Source: the human T2T-CHM13v2.0 reference genome, Homo sapiens. Taken from it: a DNA stretch of 64,000 bases. The stretch lies in assembly GCF_009914755.1 (NCBI RefSeq), contig NC_060927.1, one strand, 5' to 3'. The translations under genes were made by a program, and so were the position numbers. A model generated the notes under the pieces. The model saw only the letters and a program-made list of their open reading frames with translations, did no database searches and was not told where the DNA came from. The stretch's first letter is position 1, and the number at the start of each line of letters is the position of its first letter. Shown here in pieces: positions 13,301 through 27,859 of this stretch.

Positions 13301-16300
13301 AGGTACATAAAATATGAAAGTACATCAAATATATATTTTATTCTGTACATAAAATATCAAAGTACACCAGATATATATTCTATAGTGTACATAAAATAAG
13401 AAAGTACACAAACTATAAATTATATACTGTACATAAAATATGAAATTACATCAAATATATATTAGGTACATAAAATATGAAAGTACATCAAATATAGATT
13501 ATATACTGTACATCTAATATCAATGTACCCGAAATATTTATTTTATACTCTACATGAAATATCAAAGTTCACAAACCATATATTGTATACTGCACATAAA
13601 ATATCAAAATACCCAAGGTATATATTCTATACTGTACAAAAAATATCAAAGTACCCAAAGCAGGTATTATATACTGTACATAAAATATGAAAGTACATCA
13701 AATATATATTTTATTCTGTACATAAAATATCAAAGTACACCAGATATATATTCTATAGCGTACATAAAATATCAAAGTACACAAACTATACATTATATAC
13801 TGTACATAAAATATGAAATTACATCAAATATATATTATATTAGGTACATAAAATATGAAAGTACATCAAATATAGATTATATACTGTACATTAAATACCA
13901 AAGTACCCCAAATATATATTTTATACTGTACATGAAATTTCAAAGTTCACAAACTATATATTATATACTGTACATAAAATATCAAAGTACCCAAGGTATA
14001 TATTCTATACTGTGCAAAAAATATCAAAGTACCCAAAGCATGTATTATATACTGTATATAAAATATGAAAGTACATCAAATATATATTTTATTCTGTACA
14101 TAAAATATCAAAGTACACCAGATATATATTCTATAGTGTACATAAAATATCAAACTACCCAAACTATACATTATATACTGTACATAAAATATGAAATTAC
14201 ATCAAATATATATTATATTAGGTACATAAAATACGAAAGTACATCAAATATAGATTATATACTGTACATAAAATATCAAAGTACCCCAATATATATTATA
14301 TACTGTACATGAAATATCAAAGTTCACAAACTATATATTATGTACTGTACATAAAATATCAAAGTACCCAAGGTATATATTCTATACTGTACAAAAAATA
14401 TCAAAGTACCCAAAGCATGTATTATATAATGTACATAAAATATGAAAGTACATCAAATATATATTTTATTCTGTAGATAAAATATCAAAGAACACCAGAT
14501 ATATATTCTATAGTGTACATAAAATATCAAAGTACTCAAACTATACATTATATACTGTACATAAAATATGAAATTACATCAAATATATATTAGGTACATA
14601 AAATATGAAAGTACATCAAATATATATTTTATTCTGTACATAAAATATCAAAGTACACCAGATATATATTCTATAGTGTACATAAAATAACAAAGTACAC
14701 AAACTATAAATTATATACTGTACATAAAATATGAAATTACATCAAATATATATTAGGTACATAAAATATGAAAGTACATCAAATATAGATTATATATTGT
14801 ACATAAAATATCAATGTACCCCAAATATATATTTTATACTCTACATGAAATATCAAAGTTCACAATCCATATATTGTATACTGCACATAAAATATCAAAA
14901 TACCCAAGGTATATATTCTATACTGTACAAAAAATATCAAAGTACCCAAAGCAGGTATTATATACTGTACATAAAATATGAAAGTACATCAAATATATAT
15001 TTTATTCTGTACATAAAATATCAAAGTACACCAGATATATATTCTATAGCATACATAAAATATCAAAGTACACAAACTATACATTATATACTGTACATAA
15101 AATATGAAATTACATCAAATATATATTATATTAGGTACATAAAATATGAAAGTACATCAAATATAGATTATATACTGTACATTAAATACCAAAGTACCCC
15201 AAATATATATTTTATACTGAACATGAAATTTCAAAGTTCACAAACTATATATTATATACTGTACATAAAATATCAAAGTACACCAGATATATATTCTATA
15301 ATGTACATAAAATATCAAAGTACCCAAACTATACATTATATACTGTACATAAAATATGAAATTACATCAAATATATTTTATATTAGGTACATAAACTATG
15401 AAAGTACATCAAATATAGATTATATACTGTACATTAAATACCAAAGTACCCCAAATATATATTTTATACTGTACATGAAATATCAAAGTTCACAAACTAT
15501 ATATTATATACTGTATATATAATATCAAAGTACCCAAGGTATATATTCTATACTGTACAAAAAATAACGAAGTACCAAAACCATGTATTATATACTGTAC
15601 CTAATATATGAAAGTACATCAAATATATATTTTATTCTGTACATAAAATATCAAAGTACACCAGATATATATTCTATAGTGTACATAAAATATCAAAGTA
15701 CCCAAACTATACATTATATACTGTACATAAAATATGAAATTACATCAAATATATATTATATTAGGTACATAAAATATGAAAGTACATCAAATATAGATTA
15801 TATACTGTACATAAAATATCAAAGTACCCCAAATATATATTATATACTCTACATGAAATATCAAAGTTCACAAACTATATATTATATACTGTACATAAAA
15901 TATCAAAGTACCCAAGGTATATATTCTATACTGTACAAAAAATATCAAAGTACCCAAAGCATGTATTATATACTGTATATAAAATATGAAAGTACATCAA
16001 ATATATATTAGGTACATAAAATATGAAAGTACATAAAATATAGATTATATACTGTACATAAAATATCAAAGTACCCCAAATATATATTATATACTCTACA
16101 TGAAATATCAAAGTTCACAAACTATATATTATATACTGTACATAAAATATAAATGTACCCAAGGTATATATTCTATACTGTACAAAAAATATCAAAGTAC
16201 CCAAAGCATGTATTATATACTGTACATAAAATATGAAAGTACATCAAATATATATTTTATTCTGTACATAAAATATCAAAGTACACCAGATATATATTCT

Positions 16301-19300
16301 ATAGTGTACATAAAATATCAAAGTACCCAAACTATACATTATATACTGTACATAAAATATGAAATTACATCAAATATATATTAGGTACATAAAATATGAA
16401 AGTACATCAAATATAGATTATATACTGTACATAAAATATCAAAGTACCCTAAATATATATTATATACTGTACATGAAATATCAAAGTTCACAAACTATAT
16501 ATTATATACTGTACATAAAATATCAAAGTACCCAAGGTGTATATTCTATACTGTACAAAAAATATCAAAGTACCCAAAGCATGTATTATATACTGTATAT
16601 AAAATATGAAAGTACATCAAATATATATTGGGTTCATAAAATATGAAAGTACATCAAATATAGATTATATACTGTACATAAAATATCAAAGTACCCCAAA
16701 TATATATTATATACTCTACATGAAATATCAAAATTCACAAACTATATATTATATACAGTACATAAAATATAAAAGTAACCAAGGTATATATTCTATACTG
16801 TACAAAAAATATCAAAGTACCCAAAGCATGTATTATACACTGTTCATAAAATATGAAAGTACATCAAATATATATTTTATTCTGTACATAAAATATCAAA
16901 GTACACCAGATAGATATTCTATAGTGTACATAAAATAACAAAGTACACAAACTATACATTATATACTGTACATAAAATATGAAATTACATCAAATATATA
17001 TTAGGTACATAAAATATGAAAGTACATCAAATATAGATTATATACTGTACATAAAATATCAAAGTACCCCAAATATATATTATATACTCTACATGAAATA
17101 AGAAAGTTCACAAACTATATATTATATACTGTACATAAAAAATCAAAGTACCCAAGGTATATATTCTATACTGTACAAAAAATATCAAAGTACCCAAAGC
17201 ATGTATTATATACTGTATATAAAATATGAAAGTACATCAAATATATATTTTATTCTGCACATAAAATATCAAAATACACCAGATATATATTCTATAGTGT
17301 ACATAAAATTACAAAGTACACAAACTATAAATTATATACTGTACATAAAATATGAAATTACATCAAATATCTATTAGGTACATAAAATATTAACGTACAT
17401 CAAATATAGATTATATACTGTACATAAAATATCAATGTACCCCAAATATATATTTTATACTCTACATGAAATATCAAAGTTCACAAACCATATATTATAT
17501 ACTGTAAATAAAATATCAAAGTACTCAAGGTATATATTCTATACTGTACAAAAAATATCAAAGTACCCAAAGCATGTATTATATACTGTACATAAAATAT
17601 GAAAGTACATCAAATACATATTTTATTCTGTACATAAAATATCAAAGTACACCAGATATATATTCTATAGTGTACATAAAATAACAAAGTACACAAACTA
17701 TAAATTTTATACTGTACAGAAATTATGAAATTACATCAAATATATATTAGGTACATAAAATATGAAAGTACATCAAATATAGATTATATACTGTACATAA
17801 AATATCAAAGTACCCCAAATATATATTTTATACTCTACATGAAATATCAAAGTTCACAAACTACATATTATATACTGTCCATAAAATATCAAATTACCCA
17901 AGGTATATATTCTATACTGTACAAAAAATATCAAAGTACCCAAAGCATGTATTATATACTAAACATAAAATATGAAAGTACATCAAATGTATATTTTATT
18001 CTGTACATAAAATATGAAAGTACACCAGATATATATTCTATAGTGTACATAAAATATCAAAGTACCCAAACTATACATTATATACTGTACATAAAATATG
18101 AAATTACATCAAATATATATTATATTAGGTACATAAAATATGAAAGTACATCAAATATAAATTATATACTGTACATTAAATACCAAAGTACCCCAGATAT
18201 ATATTTTATACTGTACATGAAATATCAAAGTTCACAAAGTATATATTATATACTGTACATAAAATAACAAAGTATCCAAGGTATATATTCTATACTGTAC
18301 AAAAAATATCGAAGTACCCAAAGCATGTATTATATAATGTACATAAAATATGAAAGTACATCAAATATATATTTTATTCTGTACATAAAATATCAAAGTA
18401 CACCAGATATATATTCTATAGTGTACATAAAATATCAATGTACCCAAACTATACATTACATACTGTACATAAAATATGAAATTACATCAAATATATATTA
18501 TATTAGGTACATAAATATGAATGTACATCAAATATAGATTATATACTGTACATAAAATATCAAAGTACCCAAGGTATATATTCTATACTGTACAAAAAAT
18601 ATCAAAGTACCCAAAGCATGTATTATATACTGTATATAAAATATGAAAGTACATCAAATATGTATTTTATTCTGTACATAAAATATCAAAGTACACCAGA
18701 TATATATTCTATACTGTACATAAAATAACAAAGTACAAAAACTATAAATTATATACTGTACATAAAATATGAAATAACATCAAATATATATTAGGTACAT
18801 AAAATATGAACGTACATCAAATATAGATTATATACTGTACATAAAATATCAATGTACCCCAAATATATATTTTATACTCTACATGAAATATCAAAGTTCA
18901 CAAACCATATATTATATACTGTAAATAAAATATCAAAGTACTCAAGGTATATATTCTATACTGTACAAAAAATATCAAAGTACCCAAAGCTTGTATTATA
19001 TACTGTACATAAAATATGAAAGTACATCAAATATATATTTTATTCTGTACATAAAATATCAAAGTACACCAGATATATATTCTATAGTGTACATAAAATA
19101 TCATAGTACCCAAACTATACATTATATACTGTACATAAAATATGAAATTACATCAAATATATATTATATTAGGTACATAAAATATGAAAGTACATCAAAT
19201 ATAGATTATATACTGTGCATTAAATACCAAAGTACCCCAAAAATATATTTTATACTGTACATGAAATATCAAAGTTCACAAACTATATATTATATACTGT

Positions 19301-22300
19301 ACATAAAATACCAAAGTACCCAAGGTATATATTCTATACTGTACAAAAAATATCAAAGTACCCAAAGCATGTATTATATACTGTACATAAAATATGAAAG
19401 TACATCAAATATATATTTTATTCTGTACATAAAATATCAAAGTACACCAGATATATATTCTATAGTGTACATAAAATATCAAAGTACCCAAACTATACAT
19501 TATATACTGTACATAAAATATGAAATTACATCAAATATATATTATATTAGGTACATAAAATATGAAAGTACATCAAATAGAGATTATATACTGTACATAA
19601 AATATCAAAGTACCCCAAATATATATTATATACTCTACATGAAATATCAAAGTTCACAAACTATATATTATATACTGTACATAAAATATCAAAGTACACA
19701 AGGTATATATTCTCTACTGTACAAAAAATATCAAAGTACTCAAAGCATGTATTATATACTGTATATAAAATATGAAAGTACATTAAATATATATTTTATT
19801 CTGAACATAAAATATCAAAGTACACCAGATATATATTCTATAGTGTACATAAAATAACAAAGTACACAAACTATAAATTATATACTGTACATAAAATATG
19901 AAATTACATCAAATATATATTAGGTACATAAAATATGAAAGTACATCAAATATAGATTATATACTGTACATATAATATCAATGTACCACAAATATATATT
20001 TTATACTCTACATGAAATATCAATGTTCACAATCCATACATTATATACTGTACATAAAATATCAAAGTACCCAAGTTATATATTCTATACTGTACAAAAA
20101 ATATCAAAGTACCCAAAGCATGTATTATATACTGTACATAAAATATGAAAGTACATCAAATATATATTTTATTCTGTACATAAAATATCAAAGTACACCA
20201 GATATATATTCTATAGTGTACATAAAATATCAAAGTACCCAAACTATACATTATATACTGTATATAAAATATGAAATTACATCAAATATATATTAGGTAC
20301 ATAAAATATGAAAGTACATCAAATATAGATTATATACTGTACATAAAATATCAAAGTACCCTAAATATATATTATATACTGTACATGAAATATCAAAGTT
20401 CACAAACTATATATTATATACTGTACATAAAATATCAAAGTACCCAAGGTATACATTCTATACTGTACAAAAAATATCAAAGTACCCAAAGCATGTATTA
20501 TATACTGTATATAAAATATGAAAGTACATCAAATATATATTTTATTCTGTACATAAAATATCAAAGTACACCAGATATATATTCTATAGAGTACATAAAA
20601 TAACAAAGTACACAAACAATAAATTATATACTGTACATAAAATATGAAATTACATCAAATATATATTAGGTACATAAAATATGAAAGTACATCAAATATA
20701 GATTATATACTGTACCTAAAATATCAATGTACCCCAAATATATATTTTATACTCTACATGAAATATCAAAGTTCACAAACCATATATGATATACTGTACT
20801 TAAAATATCAAAGTACCCAAGGTATATATTCTATACTGTACAAAAAATATGAAAGTACCCAAAGCATGTATTATATACTGTACATGAAATATGAAAGTAC
20901 ATCAAATATATATTTTATTCTGTACATAAAATATCAAAATACACAAGATATATATTCTATAGTGTACATAAAATATCAAATTACCCAAACTATACTTTAT
21001 ATACTGTACATAAAATGTAAAATTACATCAAATATATATTATATTAGGTACATAAAATATGAAAGTACATCAAATATAGATTATATACTGTACATTAAAT
21101 ACCAAAGTACCCCAAATATATATTTTATACTGTACATGAAATATCAAAGTTCACAAACCATATATTATATACTGTACATAAAATATCAAAGTACCCAAGG
21201 TATTTATTCCTTACTGTACAAAAAATATCAAAGTACCCAAAGCATGTATTATATACTGTATATAAAATATGAAAGTACATCAAATATATATTTTATTCTG
21301 TACATAAAATATCAAAGTACACCAGATATATATTCTATAGTGTACATAAAATACCAATGTACCTAAACTATACATTATATACTGTACATAAAATATGAAA
21401 TTACATCAAATATATATTATATTAGGTACATAAAATATGAAAGTACATCAAATATAGATTATATACTGTACATAAAATATCAAAGTACCCCAAATATATA
21501 TTTTATACCGTACATGAAATACCAAATTTCACAAACTATATATTATATACTGTACATAAAATATCAAAGTACCCAAGGTATATATTCTATACTGTACAAA
21601 AAATATCAAAGTACCAAAAGCATGTATTATATACTGTACATAAAATATGAAAGTACATCAAATATATATTTTATTCTGTACATAAAATATCAAAGTACAC
21701 CAGACATATATTCTATAGTGTACATAAAATATCAAAGTACCCAAACTATACATTATATACTGTACATAAAATATGATATTACATCAAATATATTTTATAT
21801 TAGGTACATAAAATATGAAAGTACATCAAATATAGATTATATGCTGTACATTAAATACCAAAGTACCCCAAATATATATTTTATACTGTACATGAAATAT
21901 CAAAGTTCACAAACTATATATTATGTACTGTACATAAAATATCAAAGTACCCAAGGTATATATTCTATACGGTACCAAAAATATCAAAGTACCCAAAGCA
22001 CGTATTATATACTGTGCATAAAATATGAAAGTACATCAAATATATATTTTATTCTGTACATAAAATATCAAAGTACACCAGATATATATTCTATAGTGTA
22101 CATAAAATATCAAAGTACCCAAACTATACATTATATACTGTACATAAAATATGAAATTACACCAAATATATATTAGGTACATAAAATATGAAAGTACATC
22201 AAATATAGATTATATACTGTACATAAAACATCAATGTACCCCAAATATATATTATATACTCTACATGAAATATCAAAGTTCACAAACTATATAGTATATA

Positions 22301-25300
22301 CTGTACATAAAATAAAGTACCCAAGGTACATATTCTATACTGTACAAAAAATATCAAAGTACCCAAAGCATGTATTATATACTGTATATAAAATATGAAA
22401 GTACATCAAATATATATTTTATTCTGTACATAAAATATCAAAATACACAAGATATATATTCTATAGTGTACATAAAATATCAAATTACCCAAACTATACA
22501 TTATATACTGTACATAAAATATGAAATTACATCAAATATATATTAGGTACATAAAATATGAAAGTACATCAAATATAGATTATATACTGTACATAAAATA
22601 TCAATGTACCCCAAATATATATTTTATACTCTACATGAAATATCAAACTTCACAAACCATATATTATATACTGTACATAAAATATTAAAGTACCCAAGGT
22701 ATATATTCTATACTATACAAAAAATATCAAAGTACCCAAAGCATGTATTATATACTGTACATAAAATATGAAAGTACATCAAATATATATTTTATTCTGT
22801 ACATAAAATATCAAAGTACACCAGATATATATTCTATAGTGTACATAAAATATCAAAGTACCCAAACTATACATTATATACTGTACATAAAATATGAAAT
22901 TACATCAAATATATATTATATTAGGTACATAAAATATGAAAGTACATCAAATATAGATTATATGCTGTACAAAAAATACCAAAGTACCCCAAATATATAT
23001 TTTATACTGTACATGAAATATCAAAGTTCACAAACTATATATTATATACTGTACATATAATATCAAAGTACCCAAGGTATATATTCTATACTGTACAAAA
23101 AATAACAAAGTACCAAAACCATGTATTATATACTGTACCTAAAATATGAAATTACATGAAATATATATTTTATTGTGTACATAAAATATCAAAGTACACC
23201 AGATATATATTCTATAGTGTACATAAAATATCAAAGTTCCCAAACTATACATTATATACTGTACATAAAATATGAAATTACATCAAATATATATTATATT
23301 AGGTACATAAATTATGAAAGTACATCAAATATAGATTATATACTGTACATAAAATATCAAAGTACCCCAAATATATATTATATACTCTACATGAAATATC
23401 AAAGTTCACAAGCTATATATTATATACTGTATATAAAATATCAAAGTACCCAAGGTATATATTCTATACTGTACAAAAAATATCAAAGTACCCAAAGCAT
23501 GTATTATACACTGTACATAAAATATGAAAGTACATCAAATATATATTTAATTCTGTACTTAATATATCAAAGTACACCGGATATATATTCTATAGTGTAC
23601 ATAAAATAACAAAGTACACAAACTATAAATTATATACTGTACATAAAATATGAAATTACATCAAATATATATTAGGTACATAAAATATGAAAGTACATCA
23701 AATATAGATTATATACTGTACATAAAATATCAATGTACCCCAAATATATATTTTATACTATACATGAAATATCAAAGTTCACAAACCATATTTTGTATAC
23801 TGTACATAAAATATCAAAGTACCCAAGGTATATATTTTATACTCTACAAAAAATATCAAAATACCCAAAGCATGTATTATATACTGTACATAAAATATGA
23901 AAGTACATCGAATATATATTTTATTCTGTACATAAAATATCAAAGTACACCAGATATATATTCTATAGTGTACATAAAATATCAAAGTACCCAAACTATA
24001 CATTATATTCTGTACATAAAATATGAAATTACATCAAATATATATTAGGTACATAAAATATGAAAGTACATCAAAAAGTTCACAAACTATATATTATATT
24101 CTGTACATAAAATATGAAATTACATCAAATATATATTATATTAGGTACATAAAATATGAAAGTACATCAAATATATATTTTATTCTGTACATATAATATC
24201 AAAGTACACCAGATATATATTCTATAGTGTACATAAAATATCAAAGTACCCAAACTATACATTATATACAGTACATAAAATATGAAATTACTTCAAATAT
24301 ATATTATATTAGGTACATAAAATATGAAAGTACATCAAATATAGATTATATACTGTACATAAAATATCAAAGTACCCCAAATATATATTATATTCTCTAC
24401 ATGAAATATCGAAGTTCACAAACTATATATTATATACTGTACATAAAATATCAAAGTACCCAAGATATATATTCTATACTGCACAAAAAATTTCAAAGTA
24501 CCCAAACCATGTATTATATACTGTATATAAAATATGAAAGTACATCAAATATATATTTTATTCTGTACATAAAATATCAAAGTACAGCAGATATATATTC
24601 TATAGTGTACATAAAATAACAAAGTACACAAACTATAAATTATATACTGTACATAAAATATGAAATTTCATCAAATATATATTAGGTACATAAAATATGA
24701 AAGTACATCAAATATAGATCATATACTGTACATATATTATCAATGTACCCCAAATATGTATTTTATACTCTACATGAATTATCAAAGTTCACAAACCATA
24801 TATTATATACTGTACATAAAATATCAAAGTACCCAAGGTATATATTCTATACTGTACAAAAAATATCAAAGTACCCAAAGCATGTTTTATATACTGTACA
24901 TAAAATATGAAAGTACATCAAATATATATTTTATTCTGTACATAAAATATCAAAGTACACCAGATATATATTCTACAGTGTACATAAAATATCAAAGTAC
25001 CCAAACTATACATTATATCCTGTACATAAAATATGAAATTACATCAAATATATTTTATATTAGGTACATAAAATATGAAAGTACATCAAATATAGATTAT
25101 ATACTGTACATTAAATACCAAAGTACCCCAAATATATATTTTATACTGTACATGAAATATCAAAGTTCACAAACTATATATTATATACTGTACATATAAT
25201 ATCAAAGTACCCAAGGTATATATTCTATACTGTACAAAAAATAACAAAGTACCAAAAGCATGTATTATATACTGTACCTAAAATATGAAAGTACATGAAA

Positions 25301-26909
25301 TATATATTTTATTCTGTACATAAAATATCAAAGTACACCAGATATATATTCTATAGTGTACATAAAATATCAAAATACCCAAACTATACATTATATACTG
25401 TACATAAAATATGAAATTACATCAAATATATATTATATTAGGTACATAAAATATGAAAGTACATCAAATATAGATTATATACTGTACATTAAATACCAAA
25501 GTACCCCAAATATATATTTTATACTGTACGTGAAATATCAAAGTTCACAAACTATATATTATATACTGTACATAAAATATCAAAGTACCCAAGGTATATA
25601 TTCTATACTGTACAAAAAATATCAAATTACCCAAAGCATGTATTATATAGTGTACCTAAAATATGAAAGTACATCAAATATATATTTTATTCTGTACATA
25701 AAATATCAAAGTACACCAGATATATATTCTATAGTGTACATAAAATAACAAAGTACAAAAACTATAAATTATATACTGTACATAAAATATGAAATTACAC
25801 CAAATATATATTAGGTACATAAAATATGAAAGTACATCAAATATAGATTATATACTGTACATATAATATCAATGTACCCCAAATATATATTTTATACTCT
25901 ACATGAAATATCAAAGTTCACAAACCATATATTATATACTGTACATAAAATATCAAAGTACCCAAGGTATATATTCTATACTATTCAAAAAATATCAAAG
26001 TAACCAAAGCATGTATTATATACTGTATATAAAATATGAAAGTACATCAAATATATATTTTATTCTGTACATAAAATATCAAAGTACACCAGATATATAT
26101 TCTATAGTGTACATAAAATATCAAAGTACCCAAACTATACATTACATACTGTACATAAAATATGAAATTACATCAAATATATATTATATTAGGTACATAA
26201 AATATGAAAGTACATCAAATATAGATTATATACTGTACATAAAATATCAAAGTACCCCAAATATATATTATATACTCTACATGAAATATCAAAGTTCACA
26301 AACTATATATTATATACTGTACATAAAATAAAGTACCCAAGGTACATATTCTATACTGTACAAAAAATATCAAAGTACCCAAAGCATGTATTATATACTG
26401 TATATAAAATATGAAATTACATCAAATATATATTTTATTCTGTACGTAAAATATCAAAGTACACCAGATATATATTCTATAGTGTACATAAAATAACAAA
26501 GTACACAAACTATACATTATATACTGTACATAAAATATGAAATTACATCAAATATATATTAGGTACATAAAATATGAAAGTACATCAAATATAGATTATA
26601 TACTGAACATATAATATCAATGTACCCCAAATATATATTTTATACTCTACATGAAATATCAAAGTTCAGAAACCATACATTATATACTGTACATAAAATA
26701 TCAAAGTACCCAAGGTATATATTCTATAATGTACAAAAAATATCAAAGTACCCAAAGCATGTATTATATACTGTACATAAAATATGAAAGTACATCAAAT
26801 ATATATTTTATTCTGTACATAAAATATCAAAGTACACCAGATATATATTCTATAGTGTACATAAAATATCAAAGTACCCAAACTATACATTATATACTGT
26901 ACATAAAAT

Positions 26910-27282
26910 ATGAAATTACATCAAATATATATTAGGTACATAAAATATGAAAGTACATCAAATATAGATTATATACTGTACATAAAATATCAAAGTACCC
27001 CAAATATATATTATATACTCTACATGAAATATCAAATTTCACAAACTATATATTATATACTGTACATAAAATATCAAAGTACCCAAGGTATATATTCTAT
27101 ACTGTACAAAAAATATCAAAGTACCCAAAGCATGTATTATATACTGTATATAAAATATGAAAGTACATTAAAGATATATTTTATTCTGTACATAAAATAT
27201 CAAAGTACACCAGATATACATTCTATAGTGTACATAAAATAACAAAGTACACAAACTATAAATTATATACTGTACATAAAAT
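26910..27282 (+). repeat. Example of the 373-bp HOR variant (5-bp ATATT deletion in monomer B)
   Basis: B reads aaatatatattagg rather than aaatatatattatattagg. Successive frameshifted MKLHQIYIR ORFs start at 26910 and 27283, 373 bp apart. Confidence 0.95.
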
Positions 27283-27859
27283 ATGAAATTACATCAAATA
27301 TATATTAGGTACATAAAATATGAAAGTACATCAAATATAGATTATATACTGTACATAAAATATCAATGTACCCCAAATATATATTTTATACTCTACATGA
27401 AATATCAAAGTTCACAAACCATATATTATATACTGTACATAAAATATCAAAGTACCCAAGGTATATATTCTATACTGTAAAAAAAATATCAGAGTACCCA
27501 AAGCATGTATTATATACTGTATATAAAATATGAAAGTACATTAAAGATATATTTTATTCTGTACATAAAATATCAAAGTACACCAGCTATATATTCTATA
27601 GTGTACATAAAATAACAATGTACACAAACTATAAATTATATAATGTACATAAAATATGAAATTACATCAAATATATATTAGGTACATAAAATATGAAAGT
27701 ACATCAAATATAGATTATATACTGTACATGTAATATCAATGTACCCCAAATATATATTTTATACTCTACATGAAATATCAAAGTTCACAAACTATATATT
27801 ATATACTGTACATAAAATATCAAAGTACCCAAGGTATATATTCTATACTGTACAAAAAA

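Noticed and set aside
5919-24003. Three short minus-strand ORFs (5919, 15926, 23779) as possible inversions or genes
   Set aside because: They are the reverse complement of the same satellite where SNPs removed stops. Orientation never flips.
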